Below are positions 46,673 through 54,817 of a DNA stretch of 64,000 nucleotides, piece by piece (positions within the stretch are counted from its first letter, which is position 1; each line of letters opens with the position of its first letter). The translations under genes were made by a program, and so were the position numbers. Source of the stretch: Methanobacteriota archaeon (GTDB lineage Archaea; Thermoplasmatota; Thermoplasmata; Thermoplasmatales; GCA-001856825). Under the pieces are notes generated by a model. The model had not been told where the DNA came from and searched no databases. It was given only the letters and a program-made list of their open reading frames with translations. Location of the stretch: the NCBI GenBank assembly GCA_017857235.1, contig JAFMDN010000003.1:2005-66004 (forward strand), in the 5' to 3' direction.

Positions 46673-47760
46673 ACTTCATGGAGAGGGATATTTACGATTC
46701 CATAGATTATATTGAATTTTATGTTGGTTCAGCTTTTCAATGGGCATATTTCCATCAAAAGGCAATGGGTTTTAAGCTTGATGCTTATTCAGGTCCCGAA
46801 ACAGGAATTAAGGATAGAGTTTCATATGCACTTTCACAAGGCAATGTAAAATTAATATTTACAAGTGCATTGACACCGGCTTCAGAGGTGGCAGAGCATA
46901 ATTATGTTCATGGAGATGGGGTTAAAGATATTGTTTTGAAAACAGATGATATAGAAGAAGTTAATTTAGATTTAAAAGAAAGGGGAGTAACATCCCTTAA
47001 TAATCTGGAAAATATAAAGACTGAATTTGGAATTTTAAAGAAAGCCTATATTAATACTTATGGTGTAACTAAACATTCTGTACTCGATTATTCAGAATAT
47101 GAAAATAAAACATTGCCGGGTTTTCAAGAGATAGATGAAGGAGAATCCTGGGGTTTAATAAATGCAGTTGACCATGTTGTGGGCAATGTGGAAATGAATA
47201 TGATGGATCGATGGGTTGACTATTATATAAGGGGAATGGGTTTTAGGCAGCTCATCTCGTTTGATGATAAAGATATATCCACTGAATATTCAGCCCTAAA
47301 ATCAAAGGTAGTTAAATATAAGAACAGAGACATTACATTCCCGATAAATGAACCAGCCTATGGAAAGAAGAAATCTCAGATACAGGAATATCTTGATTAT
47401 TATAAGACACCTGGGGTTCAGCATATTGCTTTGCGAACAGATAATATAATAGAGACAGTAGAAAAAATGAGGAAAAATGGGGTAAGATTTCTAGAAACTC
47501 CAAAGTCTTATTATGACAATCTTGAGGAAAGGGTTGGTAAAATAGACGAGGATATAGAAAAATTAAAAGAATTAAACATATTGGTGGATAGAGACGATAG
47601 GGGTTATCTTTTACAAATATTTACCAAGCCAATTGGAGACAGACCAACTTTCTTTTATGAGATAATACAAAGAAAAGGGGCTGAATCCTTCGGAAAAGGA
47701 AACTTTAAAGCACTGTTTGAGGCTATAGAGCGAGAACAGGCCAAAAGAGGAAATTTGTAA
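46669..47760 (+). CDS. hppD: 4-hydroxyphenylpyruvate dioxygenase
   Basis: 363 aa. IDYIEFYVG, VDHVVGNV, GVQHIALRTDNI, YLLQIFTKP, FFYEIIQRKGAESFGKGNFKALFEAIEREQ. Confidence 0.9.
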   Translation: MNFMERDIYDSIDYIEFYVGSAFQWAYFHQKAMGFKLDAYSGPETGIKDRVSYALSQGNVKLIFTSALTPASEVAEHNYVHGDGVKDIVLKTDDIEEVNLDLKERGVTSLNNLENIKTEFGILKKAYINTYGVTKHSVLDYSEYENKTLPGFQEIDEGESWGLINAVDHVVGNVEMNMMDRWVDYYIRGMGFRQLISFDDKDISTEYSALKSKVVKYKNRDITFPINEPAYGKKKSQIQEYLDYYKTPGVQHIALRTDNIIETVEKMRKNGVRFLETPKSYYDNLEERVGKIDEDIEKLKELNILVDRDDRGYLLQIFTKPIGDRPTFFYEIIQRKGAESFGKGNFKALFEAIEREQAKRGNL

Positions 47761-48593
47761 TGAAGTTGGGTACTGCAATAGTCGGAAATGATAGAAAGTT
47801 TATTAGGAAAATTAATAGATGGGAATTTACCGATGTCCCCCCCAACAATACTATGTTAATTGACTATAATTATGAGTTCCGTGAGTTAAATGGCGATATA
47901 ATTTTTGATATACCGGTGCCTGAAATTCAAAATGTAAGAGATTTTTATTCATTTGAAAGCCATGTTAAAAATTCTAGAAAACGCAGAGGCTTGGATATGG
48001 AACCCGAGTGGTATAATATACCTGCATATTATTATCAAAACAGGAGCAGTGTTTTACCAACGGAGCGTGAAATAAAATATCCGTCATTTACAAAACAATT
48101 GGATTTGGAAGTGGAATTGGCGTTTGTAATAGGAAAATCTGGTATTAATTTATCTCGAGAAAATGCTATTGATAATGTCCTAGGTTTTATGCTGGCAAAT
48201 GATTGGACGGCCAGAGACATTCAGAAGTCCGAAATGAAGATTGGCTTGGGCCCATCCAAGTCAAAAGATTTCGCTACCTCACTTGGCCCATATATCACTA
48301 CAATTGATGAACTCTCACATAAAATAGAAAGGGGGAGAATTTACCTTGAAATAGAACTTTTCATAAATGGAGTAAAAATTAGGACCCTCAGCACCGATGA
48401 TATGTACTGGACAATAAATGATCTTGTTAGTTATGCTTCAAAGGATTGTGAAATTAAATTGGGGGATGTTTTTATGACAGGTACGTTAGCAGGGGGGTCT
48501 CAAGCAGAGTTAGACGAAGATTTTCTGAAGAAAGGTGATTTGGTTGAGATCAGGTCTAAAGAACTTGGAATTTTGAAAAATAGGGTGGTATAA
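47760..48593 (+). CDS. Fumarylacetoacetate hydrolase (FAH) family protein, short form
   Basis: 277 aa. LDLEVELAFVIGK, ANDWTARDIQ, GPSKSKDF, GDVFMTGTLAG. 1-nt TAATG overlaps on both sides. Confidence 0.8.
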   Translation: MKLGTAIVGNDRKFIRKINRWEFTDVPPNNTMLIDYNYEFRELNGDIIFDIPVPEIQNVRDFYSFESHVKNSRKRRGLDMEPEWYNIPAYYYQNRSSVLPTEREIKYPSFTKQLDLEVELAFVIGKSGINLSRENAIDNVLGFMLANDWTARDIQKSEMKIGLGPSKSKDFATSLGPYITTIDELSHKIERGRIYLEIELFINGVKIRTLSTDDMYWTINDLVSYASKDCEIKLGDVFMTGTLAGGSQAELDEDFLKKGDLVEIRSKELGILKNRVV

Positions 48594-49726
48594 TGCCTTT
48601 TTATGTTAAGATTGGGAATTTACCAAAATACAGGCATACTTTCGATAAAGATGTCTATTTTGAAGAAGTTATAAGTTCGGAAAGTTTCGATGGGCCATAT
48701 AGCATATTATACCATAATAAGGAGCCAACCAACTTTTTGGAATATGAAATAAGGAACAAAGATGCAAAAATGGAGGAGAAATATATAAGCCAGCATTCCC
48801 ACATTCTAACTCAAAAAATTAAGGGGAATGGTGACTTTGCATATTCCAGGAAATATTTATTTGGTAATGATTATCTTTCAATAGGAATCTCTAGGGTAAA
48901 TAAGACAGGAGATTATCTAATGAGGTTCGGTAATAGGCATCTTCTTGCATTCGTACATCAGGGAGATGGACTACTGGAAACAAATATGGGGTCCTTGAAT
49001 TATTTTGAGCATGATTATATCTTAATTCCAAAAGGCGTACTGTTTAGGTTTATTCCTAAGGGTGAAACGTTTCTCTTTTTTGTAGAATCAGGAGATTCTA
49101 TTAATTTTCCACAGAGGTATGTTAACGGTTTAGGACAATTAAAGCTTCAATCCCCAATTAGCGATCGTAACATAAGGATCCCAGAATTAAGATATAGTGA
49201 TTTACCTGTGAAGAAAATTATTGTTGATTCGGGGAATGAATATTTGGAATATATTCCTTCCAGTGATCCTAGAGATCTTGTTGGTTGGGATGGCACATAC
49301 TACCCATTTGCATTAAATGCTTTGGATCAGATGCCGTGGGTTGGTAAGATACACCTTCCTCCTCCCGTTCATCAGACTTTTGATAGCAAACACTTCATGG
49401 TGGCTACATTTCTTCCAAGACCATTTGATTTCCATGAAAGGGCTATACCTATATCCTTCTATCATTCTAACGTTGATGTTGAGGAAATTCTTTTTTATTC
49501 CTCTGGAAACTTCATGAGTAGGAAAGGAATAAAAAAGGGATCGATTACCATACATGTTAGGAATCTGACTCACGGACCGCATCCCGGAAAATACAAAGAA
49601 TCTATAGGTAAAGAATGGACTGACGAACTTGCTGTTATGCTAGAGGTATATGACAGGATAAAATTCTACAAAGGTACAGATGAACTCCTTGACAAAAATT
49701 ATATGTCTAGCTGGAGGGAAGAATGA
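48593..49726 (+). CDS. hmgA: Homogentisate 1,2-dioxygenase (short archaeal-type)
   Basis: 377 aa. Cupin core with SFYHSNVDVEEILFY...ITIHVRNLTHGPHPG, resembling the HGD metal-ligand region (FHRN..SE...HGP). Pathway context with hppD and FAH. Confidence 0.7.
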   Translation: MPFYVKIGNLPKYRHTFDKDVYFEEVISSESFDGPYSILYHNKEPTNFLEYEIRNKDAKMEEKYISQHSHILTQKIKGNGDFAYSRKYLFGNDYLSIGISRVNKTGDYLMRFGNRHLLAFVHQGDGLLETNMGSLNYFEHDYILIPKGVLFRFIPKGETFLFFVESGDSINFPQRYVNGLGQLKLQSPISDRNIRIPELRYSDLPVKKIIVDSGNEYLEYIPSSDPRDLVGWDGTYYPFALNALDQMPWVGKIHLPPPVHQTFDSKHFMVATFLPRPFDFHERAIPISFYHSNVDVEEILFYSSGNFMSRKGIKKGSITIHVRNLTHGPHPGKYKESIGKEWTDELAVMLEVYDRIKFYKGTDELLDKNYMSSWREE

Positions 49727-50733
49727 AAGTATTCACTTATTTACCTATAAAAAAGGTGTATTATGGAGAAGATGCCAATGAGCACATCATGGATTTTATT
49801 CGTGTGAATTCCAAACTTTATATAGTTACAGGAAGAAGAACCTCGGAATCAAATGAATTTAAAAATATTCTTAAAAAATTAGAAAGTAAAAGAATAAATT
49901 ACGAGATTCTAAATTTCATATCTCAACACTCCCCAGACAATGAAATTGAAATCGCCCTCCAACAAATCGATGACCACCATGAGCATGATATACTAGGATA
50001 TGGAGGAGGCTCAGTTATAGATGCTTCTAAGATATTAAAATTGAAGTCAAACGCTCAAACACTTATTGCTGTGCCAACTACATTGAGTGCTTCCGAATTT
50101 TCACATATTGCTGGTTATTCGGAAAATGGGGAGAAGAAGGGGATAAGGGACATAAATATTACTCCAGATTATATTGTGCTTGACCCAAGAAATACTATTT
50201 CTACTCCAAGAGAACTTTATATGGCTTCTGGTATAAGGGCTATTGACCATGCGATTGAATCTGCCCTGGATCTAGGATTGTCTGATCCCAGGCTTTATAC
50301 CTCAGTAATATCCTATAAGCTTTTAAGGGATAATTTAAGGGGATCAAGTTTGGAGGAAAGAATGCTTTCCCAAATAGGCTCATGGTTCTCATATTTTAAT
50401 GTCTTTGATTCTCCAATGGGGCTAAGCCATGCCATTGGTAAAATAATTGGAGCAAAATATGGGATACCTCATGGATTCACATCTTGCATAACATTACCCG
50501 TGATAATTGACTACTACGAAAAAACTGGAAGGCTGGATAACTTTTTAAATCTCTTATTCCAAAAAGTTGATTACAAGGAACTAAAGAATGAAGTTGTTGA
50601 TTTGATTAAGTCTATCCCGGCCAAGACTAAGTTGTCCGAATATGGTCTAGGAAAGGAAGATATAGATATTATAATGGAAAAATTGAATGTTAATCATATA
50701 GGCATTGAGAATTACTTGGAGCAAATGCTATGA
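49723..50733 (+). CDS. Iron-containing alcohol dehydrogenase family protein (maleylacetate-reductase-like)
   Basis: 336 aa. GYGGGSVIDASK, VPTTLSASE and a His-rich C-terminal half (DHAIES, HAIGK, PHG) are typical of the Fe-ADH superfamily. Confidence 0.7.
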   Translation: MKVFTYLPIKKVYYGEDANEHIMDFIRVNSKLYIVTGRRTSESNEFKNILKKLESKRINYEILNFISQHSPDNEIEIALQQIDDHHEHDILGYGGGSVIDASKILKLKSNAQTLIAVPTTLSASEFSHIAGYSENGEKKGIRDINITPDYIVLDPRNTISTPRELYMASGIRAIDHAIESALDLGLSDPRLYTSVISYKLLRDNLRGSSLEERMLSQIGSWFSYFNVFDSPMGLSHAIGKIIGAKYGIPHGFTSCITLPVIIDYYEKTGRLDNFLNLLFQKVDYKELKNEVVDLIKSIPAKTKLSEYGLGKEDIDIIMEKLNVNHIGIENYLEQML

Positions 50734-51338
50734 TATATAATATAAATAATGAATTCTTAAAATGCATTGGATTAGAAGATTATACTGAAATCTTCCATAA
50801 ATTCAAAAAATCGGTATATCCGGCAATAGAAAGGATTAAAGGACAAGAACTATGGCAAATTTCTGAATGTGAGGCATTTTCATTGTTTGCTACGGTTTTT
50901 ATCATTAAACCAAGAATTATAATAGAAACTGGCGTGGGAGCTGGATTGTCAAGCTTATCTATACTTTCTGCGCTTGAGAATGGTAGATTGATAAGTATAG
51001 ATCCTCTAATAAGCTATGGGAATCCTCCAAGAAAGGATTTTGGTTTTCTTGTTCCTGATTATTTAAGAAAGAATTGGAATATTAGAAGAGGGCTATCAAG
51101 AGATATAATGCCTAAATTACTTGATGAAATTGGTTTTATAGATATTTTCCTTCATGATTCAGAGCATTCTTATGATAATATGTATTTCGAATTAAAAACA
51201 TCTTATTCACACATGAAGAACGGGATTATATTTGTTGATAATTATAACTGGAATAATGCTGCTATTGATTTTGCCAATGAAATGAACCTTAAGCTTTTAG
51301 ATGTATGCGACGATATGTGTGCCATATTAATTTATTAA
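50730..51338 (+). CDS. Class I SAM-dependent methyltransferase (Methyltransf_24/CmcI-like)
   Basis: 202 aa. IIETGVGAGLSSLSIL (motif I) and IFLHDSEHSYDNMYFEL, as in CmcI-type sugar/small-molecule O-methyltransferases. Confidence 0.6.
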   Translation: MIYNINNEFLKCIGLEDYTEIFHKFKKSVYPAIERIKGQELWQISECEAFSLFATVFIIKPRIIIETGVGAGLSSLSILSALENGRLISIDPLISYGNPPRKDFGFLVPDYLRKNWNIRRGLSRDIMPKLLDEIGFIDIFLHDSEHSYDNMYFELKTSYSHMKNGIIFVDNYNWNNAAIDFANEMNLKLLDVCDDMCAILIY

Positions 51339-51682
51339 AATGTAATGTGTTTGACGGAAATTTTAAATCCCTAACAATAGTGAGAAGATAAATAAACTTC
51401 TCTCAATAGATAGATTAAAAAAATGAAAAGTTTACACTATATTGACCGCAGCTGATATTAAAATTTACTACTAATCATTCCTGAGGAGACAACGTTTGAA
51501 TATAGGCGAACTATCAACAGTTAGGGTTCGGTGGCTCATTATCTATGAAAAGATTCAACCGGTCAATCATTGCCATTCAATGAAACCCTATTTTATCTGT
51601 GTTTTGAGATACCCGAAGAAACTTTTAAGTTTTAGTGAAGAAGGGTTGACATAGATTCGTAACTACAAAAATTTTTTTAGGT

Positions 51683-52159
51683 ATGATTAAAATAATTATT
51701 GAGAAAATGGAACAATCTTCAAAATTTTCAAGTAAACTTGTATTCACATCAGTATTATTATTTATAATAACGGTCATCGCCCTAATTATTCTAATCACCG
51801 ACAAGAATTTGCAAACGGATTTTGGAGCTGTCAAGCCCTATTACTATCACTGGTATGGTCTTCTATTTTTAGCCATATTTACATTTGTGTGTGGGATATT
51901 AACCCTCTCAAAGAATAGCAGACTTTCTAGATATTCATCCATATTGGGAGGTGTTATTCCATTAATTTTTATAATCATAGATGTGTTCATTCTTTACAAA
52001 TCAGTTGGATTTTACAGTTACATACAATTTGCACAATATCTCTTTGGCATTTCAAGATACCCCTATTCTCTTCCATACATCCCAGGACTCTTCGATGTAT
52101 ACACTGCCCTATTATTCTTGGAATTAATATTAGCATTGATGATTAAATCTGCTGAATAG
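51683..52159 (+). CDS. Small integral membrane protein (about 4 TM)
   Basis: 158 aa with four long hydrophobic segments. No recognisable motif. Confidence 0.45.
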   Translation: MIKIIIEKMEQSSKFSSKLVFTSVLLFIITVIALIILITDKNLQTDFGAVKPYYYHWYGLLFLAIFTFVCGILTLSKNSRLSRYSSILGGVIPLIFIIIDVFILYKSVGFYSYIQFAQYLFGISRYPYSLPYIPGLFDVYTALLFLELILALMIKSAE

Positions 52160-52240
52160 TAAAGCTTATTCAAATTGAATCAGAATGTTGACAAAGGTGA
52201 AATCGGGCAATTGATTAAATAACTTTCTTCACCTTAAAAA

Positions 52241-52978
52241 TCATTTTATTTTCGTTATGTGAAAGAGAATAAAATTATAGAAGGGTGTCAGTATTCTTTT
52301 CTCTGTTTCGCTTATAATATAACTATTGTAAAATTTATTGAATCTGGTTTCTATGAAATTTTCCAATTTCCTTCTATGCATTAGACCGTAATTTATGGTT
52401 TCCACTGTTATCTTTTTATTTTCTATTTCTTCCTTAAGCAATTTGTAGATTAATTTTTCATTATGGAAACATATCCTTAACCCATTATCCACCAGGCAAT
52501 ACTTCATACGTGAAGGCGGAATTTCAAATTTATCTTTATTTTTGATGATATCATAAATAATTGTGATATTCATTAAATTGTCGATGTTGAATAATAATCT
52601 TCCACCGGGCTTTAAGTAATTTATCCATTCCTTTATAAATACTGGGTTATCATAATGGTGCACAGTCCTGAAACTTATTATTACATCAATAGAATTGTTT
52701 TTGAAAAGAGGTTTAGTGAAGTCTGCCCTAATTGCACATGTTGATTTCCCTTTTTTCATTTTCTGGAACTTCGTCAGGTTAGCTTTTGAATAATCAACAA
52801 GATAGACTTTATCAAAATCATTATTTATTATAGAACTAAGCCTACCATAACCCCCACCCAGATCAGCAAGGATCTCTCCTTTTAGTTTTAGGGATCTTAG
52901 TATCCTAATTTCAATTTGCTCCAGGCTTTCATCCTGGTTTTCAAAAATATAATTTTCAAACACCAGGATTAATATCAA
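52241..52978 (-). CDS. Class I SAM-dependent methyltransferase
   Basis: 245 aa. ILADLGGGYGRLS (motif I), VYLVDYS, IDVIISFRTVHH, LKPGGRLLF. Confidence 0.65.
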   Translation of the reverse strand: MILILVFENYIFENQDESLEQIEIRILRSLKLKGEILADLGGGYGRLSSIINNDFDKVYLVDYSKANLTKFQKMKKGKSTCAIRADFTKPLFKNNSIDVIISFRTVHHYDNPVFIKEWINYLKPGGRLLFNIDNLMNITIIYDIIKNKDKFEIPPSRMKYCLVDNGLRICFHNEKLIYKLLKEEIENKKITVETINYGLMHRRKLENFIETRFNKFYNSYIISETEKRILTPFYNFILFHITKIK

Positions 52979-53013
52979 TTAAATTTTTAAACTTACTTAA
53001 ATTATTATTAGCA

Positions 53014-53817
53014 ATGAAAGATTACTTTGAAGTATCTGACATATTTTCAAAAGCCTCTCCAGTTTATGATGATAAAATATCCCAAAATAAAACAAACCTC
53101 ATAATAAGGGATATAGAAGTGAATACCCTAGAACATTATATCAAAGAATTCAACGGGAATTTAGATAGGATATTGGAAATAGGTTGCGGAACTGGACAGG
53201 AAGCACTAAGAATTATGAAAAAATTTGACATTGGAGTTGATTGCATAGACATATCAAATGGAATGCTAAAAATTTCAGTGAATAAGATAAAAAATCATGG
53301 TCTATCTGATAAATTTAGACCTATGAGGTTAGCCGCATCTAACTTGGATGTACTAAAGAGAAGGTATAAAATAGTATACAGCTTCAACGGGGCTCTGAAT
53401 ACTGAACCACAATTTAAAAAATTCATAAAATCCATTGAAAGTGTGCTTGATGATGAAGGTGTACTTATTTTTAGCATTAGGAACAGGTACTGTATTAGTG
53501 ATTTTATATACTCAATGCTCAAATTTAATGGAAGAAGGATAAAGGAAAGGATTAAGGGAGATGTCCAAGTACCGGTAGCTGAATTTTTTGTAGAATCCAG
53601 ATATTTCTCATATAATGAAATTCTCAATCTATTTAATTCGGATTTTAAATTAATTAGAGCCTATGGATTAGGAATAATAATATTTCCTTATATTTCAAAT
53701 TTCTTTCCAAATGGGTTTTTCGATAATTTTATGGGAAAATTGGAAAAAAGCCTTTCTAAAGTATTTCCATTTAACATGTTGGGGGATGAAATTTTATATG
53801 TTTTTAAGAAACGCTAA
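53014..53817 (+). CDS. Class I SAM-dependent methyltransferase
   Basis: 267 aa. ILEIGCGTGQEA (motif I), CIDISNGML, LDDEGVLIFS. Confidence 0.7.
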   Translation: MKDYFEVSDIFSKASPVYDDKISQNKTNLIIRDIEVNTLEHYIKEFNGNLDRILEIGCGTGQEALRIMKKFDIGVDCIDISNGMLKISVNKIKNHGLSDKFRPMRLAASNLDVLKRRYKIVYSFNGALNTEPQFKKFIKSIESVLDDEGVLIFSIRNRYCISDFIYSMLKFNGRRIKERIKGDVQVPVAEFFVESRYFSYNEILNLFNSDFKLIRAYGLGIIIFPYISNFFPNGFFDNFMGKLEKSLSKVFPFNMLGDEILYVFKKR

Positions 53818-54817
53818 TTTTGAATATGTTAAGATTCCCCCTCCTTTCTTAAGGAAAGAAAGGGTAATATTATTGAAAAATGATTCAATAATGTTATTAT
53901 TAGCAAACAGGAAACAGGCTGAAATTTTTAATTTATTACCTTATGTGATTTACAAGAAATCGTATTTTAAGCTTCAAAAATACGAACATGGACAGCTCTA
54001 TGAGAACAACTTATCTTTAATCAAGGGCGACGTTTTTATTATGAATCTCGTCGAGGATATTGATTATAACTTGGAAGAAATTCTTGCAGAAGTTTTTAAC
54101 ACAGAGAATAAATATTACTTACAAAGCTTGAAGAATAATAAGGTCCAGGTTTATATGAGAGACTTTACTAGGAGATTAATTCTAAAATATGTAAAAAAGG
54201 GATCCGATGTTCTAGACCTTGGATCTGGGCCTGAACCAGAGACTTTGGTTTTAGAAGATACCTGCAATTTATATTGCTACGACATATCAGAAATAGCTTT
54301 GGAAAATTTAAGGAGAAATCACCCAAAAGTAAAACCAATTAACAGGGCTATCTTGGATTCTTTAGAAATTAAGTTCGATTCAATTTTTACGAGCTTCGGA
54401 TTTTTAGAACTTGCTGATTTAGATCTGGTAAAGAATATAATCGACAAAAATTTAAAAGATGGAGGAACATTTATTGCATGTTATCTTAACAAATTAGCAA
54501 TTTCAGACTTGTTACTTAACATTCTCCAGCTAAGATTTGGATATGCAATGCAGAGGCTTTCAGGAATGATTGACGGTAATCATTCAAGATATAGACTAGC
54601 GGTGAGATTAATAAATGATGACCTAATCGAGAAATTTGGAATAGAGATCAAAGAAAGCTATTCTATATGCAGCATACTGCCACCATATTATTTTACAAAC
54701 CTTATAGGTAAATTGGATATCAATAAACTCATACAAATGGATTACTCCTTATCAAATGTGAAGCTTCTTAGGAGCTTAGGAGATTTTAAGTGTATAGTAG
54801 GTGTAAAAAATGCATAG
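53798..54817 (+). CDS. Class I SAM-dependent methyltransferase with ~130-aa N-terminal extra domain
   Basis: VLDLGSGPEPETL (motif I), CYDISEIAL, LKDGGTFIA. Start trimmed from the track value 53711 to ATG 53798 (MFLRNANFEY). The earlier codons lie inside the preceding methyltransferase gene. Confidence 0.6.
   Translation: MFLRNANFEYVKIPPPFLRKERVILLKNDSIMLLLANRKQAEIFNLLPYVIYKKSYFKLQKYEHGQLYENNLSLIKGDVFIMNLVEDIDYNLEEILAEVFNTENKYYLQSLKNNKVQVYMRDFTRRLILKYVKKGSDVLDLGSGPEPETLVLEDTCNLYCYDISEIALENLRRNHPKVKPINRAILDSLEIKFDSIFTSFGFLELADLDLVKNIIDKNLKDGGTFIACYLNKLAISDLLLNILQLRFGYAMQRLSGMIDGNHSRYRLAVRLINDDLIEKFGIEIKESYSICSILPPYYFTNLIGKLDINKLIQMDYSLSNVKLLRSLGDFKCIVGVKNA

Noticed and set aside
51625-51834. 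69-aa minus-strand ORF spanning the end of the 344-bp spacer and the start of the 4-TM protein gene.
   Set aside because: It is antisense to the better-supported membrane protein ORF and has no motif.
53711-53797. 29-codon extension of the third island methyltransferase overlapping the preceding gene by 107 nt.
   Set aside because: An in-frame ATG at 53798 gives a modest 20-nt overlap typical of this locus. The upstream part is simply an alternative frame of the previous methyltransferase.
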